Assembly (NCBI GenBank): GCA_964016885.1
Contig: OZ024753.1
Span: 45,818,001 to 45,882,000 of the forward strand
DNA: 64,000 nucleotides
Source: Eledone cirrhosa
Taxonomy: Eukaryota
Direction: 5' to 3'
The translations under genes and the position numbers were made by a program. Of this stretch, positions 1-13,767 are shown piece by piece. Under the pieces are notes generated by a model, which ran no database searches, was not told the DNA's origin, and saw only the letters and a program-made list of their open reading frames with translations. Position 1 is the stretch's first letter; the number at the start of each line of letters is the position of its first letter.

Positions 1-1360
1 ATAGATAGCCAGAGGAGAATAAGAACAACAACAACAAGAATTAGCAGAAGAAAAGGAAATAAAGGAGAAGAGTTTTACTCAATTTTGCTTAACATTGAGA
101 AGGTAAATCACAGGTATATGAAGGTATATGACTAAAATTACAATTTTAATTAGATTTTAAAATATAATCTGTGGAATCATCAATTCACCTGAAATATCGA
201 TATACATCAATGAATAGACGAATGGCAGTTAACATTGTGTAATATACAGATCTAGAATTTGGCTGAATATTGTAATAGTAGGTCATTAATAAGGAAATGT
301 TTCATAAGATAAAACATTATTCATTTGAAAATTCCAACATACATATACAATACCAGAATGATAAAAAGAACGAAATAAAATCTAAAAAGAGAGGAAAAAG
401 GAAAAGCGTTGAGGGGAGAATATTAAAGTGGAGAAACGCTACAATTTCAGTTGTGTCTTATCAAGAAATGGAAGTATTGCCTTGGAAAATAGCCAGAGAT
501 ACCCCCTGAATCAGTTATTCTTCTTTTCATGGCATCTTCGTAAGCAGAGATGCTCTCATGCTAATTTAGTGGAGTCAGATTTCTAAGAACAGCAGAGGAT
601 TCAATATTGATCGGTACCAAAAGGAAATGCCATATGTATAGCTAATATTTAGTCATCTTCTACTCTTGTAGGTTATATAAACTAAGCCAAACCTACAACA
701 AACCTCATTTCTAGAACTTGAAATGCCTAGCCAATATCTGTTAATATAAAAAACATAAATAGCAACGGCTTACCTAAATATTCAGATTATTGTAAACTAA
801 GTAATCTCCCTCAGCTCATTATTAAAAACGATACTCCTAAAATCGATTATACTTAGTACGCTTAATACGAACATTTGTCTCCACCATAATAAGATATAGC
901 ACTAACTGGAATGGATTATTTTACACCAAATCAATTTCATTTGCTTACTAAAATATTTACAATGTCTGTGGAATTATGAGAAACTTTCGGATAAATTACA
1001 CCTAAACAGGATTTTAAATTGACCCATTAGCTATTTTATCAAAGAACGTATTGAAGTAATAACAGGCACTTTGTATGAATATAAAACACAGTTGGTAGCA
1101 TTAAAACAAGGCATTTATCATATGAATAGCCTCAGAGGACTCGACTTAGAACCTATTACGTTTAGAGAATCGATTTCGATTGGAGAAAGAATAAACTTCT
1201 GGACTGCACCGCTAATGGTTCCAAATTAATGACTACGAATTTTAAAATATATGGCTGCTTGCTTCCACCACAATCACTTTTACTCATTTTGATTTAATCC
1301 TAAGTGTAATGCAACATTTACATATATATTGATTAATGTGTTTCTACGTGAACACATACG

Positions 1361-1364
<4 letters not shown>

Positions 1365-1407
<43 letters not shown>

Positions 1408-1436
1408 ATGTATATATATACATATGAATGTATGAA

Positions 1437-1478
<42 letters not shown>

Positions 1479-1500
1479 TATGTGCGCGTGTGTGTGCATG
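1365..1500. repeat. (TA)n/(TG)n compound microsatellite
   Basis: Direct reading of the TA and TG runs. Confidence 0.95.
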
Positions 1501-1927
1501 CGTGAGTGTGAGTATTGTATTTTTTTCGAACTGTCAACACGTTTTATTATATTTTGGTAGGTGAGGTAAGGAAAGATCTCGAGTAAATGGAAGCCATCAT
1601 CAATGTTTTATATTCCGGCTTAATATACTTTCTAATTCACATCTCTGTCGTTGTTGATGTCACTGGAATATCCATAAATGGAATAAATCATCATAGCTCT
1701 GTCTCCTTCCATAAATTACTTCTTTCTTACTACCGGGAGACATAGAATCTCATAAAGTTTTCACTATTACTCGTAATTTTTCACTATCGAAAATTATTGC
1801 ACATTTCCTTTTATTTAAGTTATGTAGATAAATTTAAATATATTATAAAAGGTATGTAGACAGATCTAAATATATTATCATATAAAATAACAGATTACAA
1901 TATGATGCCAAATTTTCCTCCTCCAAT

Positions 1928-2262
1928 GGTGAGCGCATGTATGGCAGAATGTCGCTTCACAACTTTGAGGGCCCAGATTCTGTGGCACAGCAAGTTGAGC
2001 CTGTAATATTATCATAGCCCCTGGTTAACCCAAGCCCTGAATGGAATTTTATGGGTGTAAATCGGTTGCACGTCACCTGCACTGTACCTATAATTCAAAG
2101 TTCCAGGCTGGTCACGCACTATGTTACACTGTTCAACCTGGCAATTACTTTAAGATTATGTTTGCGGAATACTCAACCACATACATGTTAGTTAACGAGT
2201 TAGATATTCAGTTGATCGAACAGCTGAACGCTCATCGTGAATCGACGGATAACGCATCCAGC
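1928..2262 (+). mobile_element. Diverged tRNA-derived SINE (second family)
   Basis: The head (gcgcatgtatggc...tcgcttcacaac...gtggcac...atagcccctggttaacccaagccctg) and tail (gaatactcaaccac...gttgatcgaacagctgaacgctcatcg) resemble a common octopus SINE as I recall it. The tail is similar to 33040-33108. Confidence 0.5.
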
Positions 2263-3313
2263 ACCGTCTTAAATCATTGACCCCGTATTATTTATTTCCT
2301 TCAAAGTTTTCTCAGATCTGTTAGAAAATCTAGCTATAAATTCTTTAAATCACACTATTAAGAAGAAGACATTAGCTGACACTGTTCGATACACTCTAAC
2401 TAAAAACCCGAATAAGGGTTGTGGCCTACATTTTTTTTTAACATACATCTAATCAATCAAATGTGAGAGGTTTGACCTGCGATTAGAGGACTCCAATATC
2501 AATTCTGAAACGTTTTTGAGCTGACGTGAAACATTTTCCCATTATTTATGTTCTGAGAATCCTGGGATTAGATGTTTTTGCAGAGGATCATAGGTTGATA
2601 GTAGTCTGTCTAACATACTCTATAAATTCTGCTGTACGTAAAATTGAGAGCATGACCAACAGAGTTTCCCCTTCTGTAGGTTAATGACATGCAAGACAGA
2701 TATACATCATTTATACCACCTTAATCCCTGTAGAAAGGTGCTAGCTGTATACAACATAGGAACTTTACATAAGGCATGTACTTACATAAGGCATGTACTA
2801 GTTCCATCAACAGAAAACATTTAATCCTTATTTAATGAGACGATGATAACATTGTTGAGCCTCAACACCAGTTTTAGAAGAACGTTAGATGAATGATTAG
2901 CTAGATTCTCGCCTAAATAACACACTGAACCTAGCCACACATATATGTTGTCCATTTATATATGTTTTATTAGATCACTTGTAAAGTAGCTGTCAATTAT
3001 TTGAACTAGAACACTTCAAGGAAGGATATTATAATGTACCTTAATAATATACATCAGCTAATGGGTGATACGACGAAGACACGTTTGATCCCAGGTTGGT
3101 TTGAACTCAAAAGATAATGACACCCAGCTAAATACTACCAAATATTTTATCAGCCATCAAAAAAGCATCTAAATGCTCACTTCATCCTCTAGAGATAGCA
3201 GCCAAATAAGAAAGCAAATACACTTTAAATAGGCAATGAAGTTCTATACATCTCTAAGCAGATGGAATGACCTCATGTACCAATGAGTTACGTCCCTTTA
3301 TACTCTCAGTAGA

Positions 3314-3779
3314 AACCCCGCCGAGATTAGCTTTGTCGTTCATCCTACGGGGTCTATAAAATAAAGTACCAGTAACGTACTGGGTTCGATTTAACCAACC
3401 TTCCACTTCCCTTCAAATTGATGGTCTTCTGTCTAAATCAGAAACCATTATTTATGTTATACGCCGAGGTTAACTTTGCCTTTCATCCTTACGGGGTCGA
3501 TAAAATAAAGTACCAGTAATGCACTGGGATAATTGCTGGCCTTGTGCCAAATATAGAAACAATTATTTATGTTATACGCAGTGGATTGGCAGTATCGGTA
3601 GAGAGTCGGACGCCATGCTTTGCAGCAAAGAGTTACGGCCCTTGCCATTCTGAGTTCAAATCCCACCGAGGTTAACTTTGCCTTTCATCCTTACGGGGTC
3701 GATAAAATAGAATACCAGTAATACACTGGAATAATTGCTGGCCTTGTGCCAAAAGTAGAAACAATTATTTATGTTATAC
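3314..3779 (+). mobile_element. Three head-to-tail copies of a tRNA-derived SINE (MetaSINE-like central domain)
   Basis: Repeated core ccgaggttaactttgcctttcatccttacggggtcgataaaataaagtaccagt. The third copy has an A-box-like tggcagtatcgg and a B-box gagttcaaatcc. The core resembles the Meta domain (ttccatccttc...ggtcg.taaaatgagtacc). Confidence 0.85.
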
Positions 3780-3860
3780 TTTCATACAACGACGATATAT
3801 TCGAGATGTTTCTGGTAAATGCTCTGTTGAGTGTTGTCTCAATAAATATATTGCTTATAT

Positions 3861-5482
3861 ATATAGCAGACAGGGATATAGCAGACAGGGATATAGCAGA
3901 CAGGGATATAGCAGACAGGGATATAGCAGACAGGGATATACCAGACAGGGATATACCAGACGGGGATATACCAGACGGGGATATACCAGACGGGGATATA
4001 CCAGACGGGGATATACCAGACGGGGATATACCAGACAGGGTATACCAGACAGGATATAGCAGACAGGATATAGCAGACAGGATATACCAGACAGGATATA
4101 CCAGACAGGGATATACCAGACAGGGATATACCAGACAGGGATATACCAGACAGGGATATACCAGACAGGGATATAGCAGACAGGGATATAGCAGACAGGG
4201 ATATAGCAGACAGGGATATAGCAGACAGGGATATAGCAGACAGGGATATAGCAGACAGGGATATAGCAGACAGGGATATAGCAGACAGGGATATAGCAGA
4301 CAGGGATATAGCAGACAGGGATATAGCAGACAGGATATAGCAGACAGGATATAGCAGACAGGATATAGCAGACAGGATATAGCAGACAGGGATATAGCAG
4401 ACAGGGATATAGCAGACAGGGATATACCAGACAGGGATATACCAGACAGGGATATACCAGACAGGGATATAGCAGACAGGGATATAGCAGACAGGATATA
4501 GCAGACAGGATATAGCAGACAGGGTTATACCAGACAGGGATATAGCAGACAGGGATATACCAGACGGGGATATAGCAGACGGGGATATACCAGACGGGGA
4601 TATACCAGACGGGGATATACCAGACGGGGATATACCAGACGGGGATATACCAGACGGGGATATACCAGACGGGGATATACCAGACGGGGATATACCAGAC
4701 GGGGATATACCAGACGGGGATATACCAGACGGGGATATACCAGACAGGGATATACCAGACAGGGATATACCAGACAGGGATATACCAGACAGGGATATAC
4801 CAGACAGGGATATACCAGACAGGGATATACCAGACAGGGATATACCAGACAGGGATATACCAGACAGGGATATACCAGACAGGGATATACCAGACAGGGA
4901 TATACCAGACAGGGATATACCAGACAGGGATATACCAGACAGGGATATACCAGACAGGGATATACCAGACAGGGATATACCAGACAGGGATATACCAGAC
5001 AGGGATATACCAGACAGGGATATACCAGACAGGGATATACCAGACAGGGTATACCAGACAGGGTATACCAGACAGGGTATACCAGACAGGGTATACCAGA
5101 CAGGATATACCAGACAGGATATACCAGACAGGATATACCAGACAGGATATACCAGACAGGGATATACCAGCCAGGGGTATACCAGACAGGGGTATACCAG
5201 ACAGGGATATACCAGACAGGGATATACCAGACAGGGATATACCAGACAGGGATATACCAGACAGGATATACCAGACAGGATATACCAGACAGGATATACC
5301 AGACAGGATATACCAGACAGGATATACCAGACAGGGTATACCAGACAGGATATACCAGACAGGATATACCAGACAGGATATACCAGACAGGATATACCAG
5401 ACAGGATATACCAGACAGGATATACCAGACAGGGTATACCAGACAGGGTATACCAGACAGGATATACCAGACAGGATATACC
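3861..5482. repeat. 14-16 bp minisatellite, consensus GGGATATA(C/G)CAGAC(A/G), roughly 110 units
   Basis: Continuous tandem array read directly, with sequence variants arranged in blocks. Confidence 0.98.
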
Positions 5483-5748
5483 TTTATTCCAATATTTGAC
5501 CAGTCAAAATATTATCCGATATTAACATTAGAGATATTACAAATTTTTATGATGTATCGAATGGTGACAGTATATGCATAAATATGTGTGTGAATTTTTT
5601 ATACACGTACATATATAATTATATGTATACACACACACGAGTGTGAGAGGGAGTGGGGAGAGAGTCCCGGGTTCAATCGGGGGGTAACCACAGGCAGTAA
5701 GTTACTCATTACATTAAAGTGTAAACATCAAGTTTATTATAGAATAAT

Positions 5749-5842
5749 GCTTCTACAGGACTAGAAGTGTTTTATTCAAAATAAATCACCAGGCTTTCCT
5801 GGTGATTTCGTTTGAATGAAACAGTTCTACTTCTGTAGAAGC
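5749..5842. repeat. 45-bp imperfect inverted repeat with 4-nt loop (hairpin)
   Basis: 5749-5793 versus the reverse complement of 5798-5842 gives 39/45 Watson-Crick pairs plus 2 G-T pairs. Confidence 0.85.
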
Positions 5843-5845
5843 CTT

Positions 5846-5950
5846 TATATATATATATATATATATATATGTTGCGCGTTGCTCTCCTAGTATGTTCTGA
5901 GTATTCTCACACTTATGTTTATATACGTGAGCATATATATATATATATAT

Positions 5951-5981
<31 letters not shown>

Positions 5982-5987
5982 CGTGCG

Positions 5988-6052
<65 letters not shown>
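5846..6052. repeat. (TA)n and (TG)n microsatellites
   Basis: Direct reading. Confidence 0.9.
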
Positions 6053-6053
<1 letters not shown>

Positions 6054-6915
6054 CACTGAATAACACATGAGGTTTTGGATATGCCATAGAAAGATTATCA
6101 CTATTATCATCATTATTATTATTATTATTATTGGAAATCATTCGAATAAAAAACAAAAAAACGAAACAATAGTACGGAGAGCAATCAATTATGTCAGACG
6201 CTTTCATTAATCGTAGTCGTCTCCCCTTTCTCCCAGTCTCCGTTCCACACGCACTCCCCTCCCCCTCTTTCTCTCTTTGTCTGTCTGTCGATAACATTAA
6301 TATTTTATAAATCTACAATACGCCGAAAGTGAATGGATGTTCCAAAGATTGATACACGAATCTGCTGTAAAATGTCGACCAAATTACACAGCCATACTTC
6401 ATATGCTCTCCTGACCCCAATTCATCATTATAATCATTTCTAAGCCATCACTAAAACTGTTACATTCCCTAACTCTTCCGCCTTCCTCCCCCCCCCCTAT
6501 TTCTCCCCTACAATTTAAATATATCAATAAATATTTGCACACATACATGTTATTTATATGCAAGTTCAGCCAAAAGTACCCCACCTCGTTCAATAGAATC
6601 ACATTCTTACTCTTTCTCCTACTACTATAGTTCTCATTGTGATCCGGTTAGTTCCCGGATTCCCTGGAACAGTACGTCTACCAATTATTGGTAAGTTTGT
6701 ATGAAAAATTCTAATGTTTATTTCTTATCAACGCCAGCTGACGTAGACAGAACATTAAAATATTTATCTCTTCATGTTTATACAATGTACGTTTATTTAT
6801 CAATGAAGCTGTCAATTTATCAGAAATATATTCCTCATTTAGTTTTTGATATATTTCGGATATTTGCATCTAAACAAACACACACGCACATACACACATA
6901 CTAAAGTACACACAC

Positions 6916-6976
<61 letters not shown>

Positions 6977-8879
6977 CGAGGGTCAAGGGTTTCAAGCTCC
7001 ATTACCCTACGTAAATTACCGAGAAGGAATTTCGGATCCTTAATCTTTAATGGTTTTCATCTAGTGTGAAGTTTGTTTCACAAAGTAACATACATTATTT
7101 AAAGTGTAAATATATTCAAGATAAAAACTTCATTTGTACTCATCATATTATTTTGTTCTATTTTATTTGTTATGGGTTGGATTACAGAATCGATTTGGTG
7201 TATGTTTTGCTTCATCAGAAACACGTGGAATTAACTCCCTAAATATAGGTATGTATACCAAGATATAGGTATGCTTCATCAGACACACGTAGAATTAACT
7301 TCCTAGATATTGGGCGGGTAACTCCTGATTGAATCGTAGGTGGGTCCTAGTAACATACAGTGAGTCTTAAGAATTTAAAATCTGGTGGATTTAATTCATT
7401 CTCCGGGACCGAATATATACGATTTCTTCCTCCAGAGAATGAGAGTTATAAAAAGGAAGTAAGAAAAATATAGAGGAAGTATCGAAGCCTGTACTGAACT
7501 AAAACATTTTTAATGACCTCGAAAGTCTAAATGTAAAGTTGACTTCATGAGACATTGATCTCAGGATACAGAGAGTTGGTAAGAATACCACAAATCTTTG
7601 TATCCGACATTCTAGTGATGTTGCCAATTCTCAGCCATAAGTCACTCTATGCCGTTTATGAAAGACATAGCCAGATTTACGAGATGTTAAAAAGCCATAT
7701 ATTCCGAGTAGTTATTTATAACCTCAAATCGACCTTTTTATCAGTGAAGTTCACATAAAATCTGATCGTTAAATTAAATCTGTGAGATAGAGCTGGAACA
7801 GAAAAAAAAAGTAAAACACATCAACGACTGACCGGATAACAAGTTTTGTCTGATAGTAACTGCTACCTTATCAACACTACCAGCTTTATTTCTAGATGTT
7901 TCGCATTAACACTGTTGACGTAAGAATGTATTGATTATTAAATTAATTTCTCTCATCTCTTTAATCAGTTAAATGGAAAATTAAATGATATTCCGGCTGA
8001 GTTTGCAGTTACTTGCCCTATAGTTACGTTAAAATTTAATTTTATCATAGGAAAACTTTAGATATTTCTCAAGTAAATACTACGCTAACGTCAGATCCAT
8101 AACGATGAATAATACTTTGTATTTTTTGTTTTGTTAACTGGAAGAGATAAAACAAAACAAAAATAGTATACTTAAATTATATTAATAGCTGTTGGTCATT
8201 AAGGGGCAATGATAATTATTACAAAAAATACCCCACAAATGTTTGGCTTCCATTATAATTCATGACCAAAAGCTAACATTAAATTATACTTTCTAATTGT
8301 GTAGCAATAAATTGTTTTATTTGGTATAATATAATTTATGAATGGATAATATATATCCTTTTGAGATTAATTGTTATTTTATTAATGAAGAATTATATCT
8401 ACTTCATGTGGTGTTATGTCCGGATATTTAATGGTACTAAAACGGCATTAAATAGTTTCATTCTTTCTCTTCAGCATAAAGAAGGCAACATTTATGTGGC
8501 GCTTTGATTGTAGGAAATAGCAGTCAAATACGCCTCAAATCTCGAACTAACAGTTATATTATTCAAGAAGACATCTGGCATGGCACTGACTAAAATTGCT
8601 TTAGATGATATGGATATTCTATACTAAAACTAAACTGGGGCTGAACGACCACCAACAATAACCACAATGAAATCAACAGTAGCTACAGTGACTCAGTTAT
8701 GGAACTATTATATGTTGGCACAACCTGCTTTACTTAGTTACAGAATCATTCTCATCTACACGCCCTACCAGGGAAAAACATGAAATAAACATGGGAAGAT
8801 GTAGTCCTGAAATATACCAAAAATTAAAGACAATGAAAAACTTTTAAACACATCGTGATCTGAAATTGACCACAGCAAA

Positions 8880-8940
8880 AATAATTGTTTCTACTTTTGG
8901 CACAAGGCCAGCAAATTACCCAGTATATTACTGGTACTTT
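8880..8940 (-). mobile_element. 3' fragment of the main SINE family
   Basis: Reverse complement of aaagtaccagtaat...ctggccttgtgccaaaagtagaaacaattat. Confidence 0.8.
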
Positions 8941-9125
8941 AGCAAAAATAATAATAAAAATTTGTTGATATTATTTGACGGTAATTTTGAAATATACACA
9001 TTTTGCAAAATGTTATTAATTATATATTGTGTTATATAGATGTTCATAATATCGTTTCAATAGTTAAAACCTTTTATTACATTTACCATTTCGTTTCATA
9101 TGTAAAATGTATGTATGACAAATGT

Positions 9126-9232
9126 ATGTATGACATTCAGTTATGATATGTGGTGTTACATATGTATGACATTCAGTTATGATATGTGGTGTTACATATG
9201 TATGACATTCAGTTATGATATGTGGTGTTACA
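9126..9232. repeat. 36-bp tandem repeat x3 (atgtatgacattcagttatgatatgtggtgttacat)
   Basis: Units start at 9126, 9162 and 9198. Confidence 0.95.
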
Positions 9233-11939
9233 AATGTCGATTATGCGTTTGATTTATTTCCTTGGTTAAAGTTATTTAACGTTAAACCCTTGAAATTGTT
9301 TCAATACATTTGAAAATTCGATGATGTTTTCAGTTGCTTTCCATTAATAGGGGTTTTATAATGAAACCCTCAAATTTATTTTGTTATGTTTTCAATCTCG
9401 TTGAAATTTAACATTCGCAAACATATCAAGCTGAATAATGATTTATTTTGTTGTTTATGTGTTTCAAGCATCGTATTTGTATCGGAGTAGCACGTTTAGA
9501 GGAACACACTTTAATGTTTTCAGGACGTTAAAACAGCTACAGATACACAACATATTTCGTGTAGACACACTCATAAAATATATTTCTAGTAAATATGAAT
9601 GTAAATTCTTTTATATCCAAATGGGTATAGGTGACGATCAAAGCACAGTAATATCCATACGTATATTCCTTTAGTTTATAGGAAAAATAAGGTACACTCA
9701 CACACACAGATAGTTTGAAAACATGCAAAACATAAAATTAAGTAACATATCTTTCTGGATGCCACGTATAATGTAAGTGAAGAGAAGGGATTTAAGAGAA
9801 TATACACACGTGATCAGTAACACAAGCTTTTAGAGGAGTAACAAACGTAATGTTTTTAAATAAATCCCCTGAAATGGAAAGAAAGTGATCTACGTTGCTT
9901 TACCATATATGGCAATTCCATGTATTGATGATATCCAGCAATAAGATGTGGGCTCTCCATGCTCCAAGTTCCTTATATACGATCAGACAATAAAACTTTG
10001 AATTATGTCTGCATTAATATGATCTACAATGTTGTTTATAGTGTATTCAACTTCTTATTGTATTTTTACCCGTGTGGGATATATTTAAAATGCTTATATA
10101 TATATATATATATATATATACATACTTCAAACATAACAATCTGAGCCACATTTTTTTCAAAAAATATGATTGAAATTCCCCAAATGAGTTCGATGCGAGT
10201 AGTAAATATAGAGAGGAGGAGTGTTTGGTGCTAATTGATATAGAGAGGGGGATTGGAAGAGAGTTCTGTGTAGTAGATATAGAGAGGGGAGGGGATAGTT
10301 TGGTGTTACATGATATAGAGAGGGAGATTGAAAGAGAGTGCCCTTTCAGAAAAATAAAACAGCTACTACTACTCCTACCACCATACATATATATATATTT
10401 GCGTGTGTGTATGTATATCTTGTGGAATAGCCATTACCAAAGTTTGATAATCATCCTACAGTAATATTTTATATAAGAGAGGACATTCCTTTCTTCCATC
10501 AAATCAACGTCATTTACCATTTGTAAGAAATTGTTCCTCCTTATCATTCTAATGTTCATTATTGTTTTTATTCCTGTTGATCATTTAAGACTTATTTCTC
10601 AAGATAATTCTCATGCACTTTTGCTTTTGCTCCAACATCCGATTGTTTTCTTTTGTTTTATTTTCCTTAGCTCCGGTTTTCTTGTTTTTATATATTATAT
10701 AGCAATTCCTAGACATTTCCCTCAGTGTTTCCATTACTTATATATTACATTTCTTGCCAAACTTCTTGAATCTTCTCAGCTCGTTTAAACATGTTTCTTA
10801 CTCTAATAGTTCATGCTTCACTGTATTTATCTCCTCTCAACTACTTACTTTCAGTTAACGTCTCACATATCTCAATACTTCCTACACACTAAACTAAAAA
10901 ATAAATAGAATTACACGTCTTTCGTTTTTATGTTCTTGAATGCGTATCACACATAAAACACATACTACTACTACAACTACTATTACTCCACACCATATTT
11001 GTTGGCTTTATCGAATCTTTTCGCTGTTCACTTCATGTTTATTAGGAAACAAAAAGAAAGAAAGCATGCAAGGGAGTTTGAGTAGATCTAAGCAGTTCCT
11101 CAGGAGGAAGAGCGTAGAGTGCACGTTAATAAAGTGCAATATCTCCGTCATACTCCACAGGTCTGCATGTTCTAACACCAGCCACTTTCCTGTGGCTTTC
11201 TGGTGGATTGGAGAACCTTGAACGTACACGGCGTCTTTTACTGTTAGTCGAGCCCCAGTCAAGGCGGGTTCGATTCTCAGTACTGTGTCGTAAAATTTAA
11301 CTACTCTGTAGCTCAAATCTACGACCTCGGACGTGGGTTAATCACCTCTTTCTTTTCCTCCCGATTTCTCTTTTGTCGTGGTTGTTGCTGGAGTAGTAAT
11401 AGTACAAGTAGTAGTTCGTTCCTTCTACTACTACCTCTCATTCTTCTTTTTCTCCTCCTCCACATTACACATAAATATCGTGTGTGTTCATTTCATTTTT
11501 TTCTTCTCTTCTTCCATCTTCCGTTCGTCTACCTTCCGTGATAAAACCGTTTAGTGATTGTAATTTCATTTGTCTATCGTTTGCCATAGTCTTTTCCATC
11601 TCTCTATTAAGTATAATCTGTTCTTTTTGGAGGAAACATTTGTTACATTTCAACTGCCGTCTTCTCTGCCATCTATTAAATTGAGTAAATAGTTTTCTTT
11701 CGTGCATATATTTCGTTTTTTTTTTCGTTTTTTTTTCTTCCATTTTTTCGTTTATTTTTATATATCTTAATGTATTTTAATATTTTCCTTTTTCTTTTTT
11801 CTGCTTGGCTTTGTTTTACCTTGTCCACTTCTATTTTGTGTGTTATATTAATTTTCTTTTACTGTATTTTACTTTCATTTTATTCTACATTATGTGTTTC
11901 CGTATTTATTTCATTGTTAAAAGCTCTTACCCTCAGTTT

Positions 11940-12155
11940 ATATAGATAGAGAGGTAGGTAGATAGGTAGATATATAAATGGATAGACACACAGATAGATA
12001 CAAAGATAGGTAGATATATAAATGGATAGATACATAAATAGGTAGATAGGTAGATATCTAAATGGATAGATAGAGAGATATATAAATGGATAGATACATA
12101 CATAGATAGGTAGGTAGATACATAGGTAGATAGATGGATAGATACATACATACAT
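11940..12155. repeat. (GATA/GGTA)n tetranucleotide array with a recurring ataaatggataga unit
   Basis: Direct reading. Confidence 0.9.
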
Positions 12156-12828
12156 AATTATACATATATGTGTGTGTGTACGTGCGTATAATATACATGC
12201 CTACACACACGTGCGTGTGCTTGATGTTTGTATGTATATATACTATCATCATCTTGTGTATAGGCTCCACTCAGTATTGAATACGTACGTAACTTTCGTG
12301 ATGTATAAAAATTACATTGGTGAAAATGTGTGTCCTTTTAGGTAATTCTAAAGATTTCTCTGTGTGTAGGTTGAGTGAGCATGTTTCTGTCATACAATGC
12401 ATTTCCGTAAGCTTTCCATTGCTATTATCACACGCGTCTTTGGCATTTATTTCTTCAGATGACTTTTGGGATAATTACAACAGACATCCATTTTCTCTCA
12501 CTCCAAACAGCCATCAAGCAAGAAACATCTTTATTTTGTATTATTTTAAATATAGCTTTGTGTTTGTTATTGATGTTTTGGGAACACGTAGCGAAGGTTT
12601 GGTAATGACAGTTGTTTTTCAGTATCTGAATTAGATAAAGTTGGAAATACATTTGCTACTGTCACCACATGGGGACGGCAACTGTTTGCTATAAAGTTTT
12701 ACGATATATAATAAGAAGTATCTCTACGTGTTTAATGTTGTTTAGTCACATATTTGTCCGATCCTTTCTGTAGCACATTAGAAAGCAGCAGAGATATTTT
12801 ATGACCATCACATACGTTGTCACACACA

Positions 12829-12873
<45 letters not shown>

Positions 12874-13689
12874 CATAATAAACAATACAATATAATTATT
12901 CCATTGGCAAAGGTTTCACTGAAAACTTAGGTAATGAAATAATTATTTTGTGTTGTTTATATAGCTCTGTACTATATATATAGAGCACTCTTCTTTCCTT
13001 TACCTTTTCTACGGAAATATTTAACACACACACACATATATATATATTTATTTATATATATACCGACCGTGAATGCTGGGGTGGCAATATACGATTTGTT
13101 TTTCTTTGTTTTGTATTTCTTTTTTGTTTTTTATATTTCAAAATAGAATCTGATACACTCTTCCATATGTTTAATTCCTGTGGTTATTTTCAGAGATTTG
13201 AAATACATTTTCTCGTATGTTATGCTTTCCTGAGAATGGTATTTTTTAAAGATACAACTCTGATGGATTTATGTTATTTGTTCTGAAGACAAATGGCTAC
13301 TGTTGTCATTTGGGACAAACCTATGCGGTTATATATATTAATTGGTTTTGTTTCTCTTCATGTTATTCTTAATATATAACAGAAAAGTTCACGCAAGCTC
13401 AATTAGTGTCGTTGTCATATTTGTTTTACATTGATATATATTTTTTAGAGGACAATTCTTCGTTTTTCCAAAGGGTAAATATACTTTCATCTCTAATTCA
13501 TTTATTTTATATCCCATTAGCTGTTTTTCCATACTCTAATGAACGTACATTCAACAATCATAATTATGTTTAGATTCCTATGTCTGCTACTGTCCTTTGG
13601 TGTGTATATTGTATTTTCAGTTCTAGTTTCATTCCTATAGATTATTAACATCGTTTGTCTGCAAAATTAACATTTCCGAAATAATATTT

Positions 13690-13767
<78 letters not shown>

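Noticed and set aside
3586-3670. tRNA gene (A and B boxes present)
   Set aside because: There is no cloverleaf. The sequence continues into the SINE core and recurs many times, so it is a SINE head.
3746-4354. 202 aa ORF with DRDIA/GYSRQ pentapeptide repeats
   Set aside because: It reads through the 15-bp minisatellite and starts inside a SINE tail. The 14-bp units shift the frame freely, so there is no sign of frame conservation.
7208-7310. Short duplication containing ttcatcag (CUGAUGA on the minus strand) as a possible hammerhead
   Set aside because: There is no correctly placed GAAA or stem II, so I treated it as a simple local duplication.
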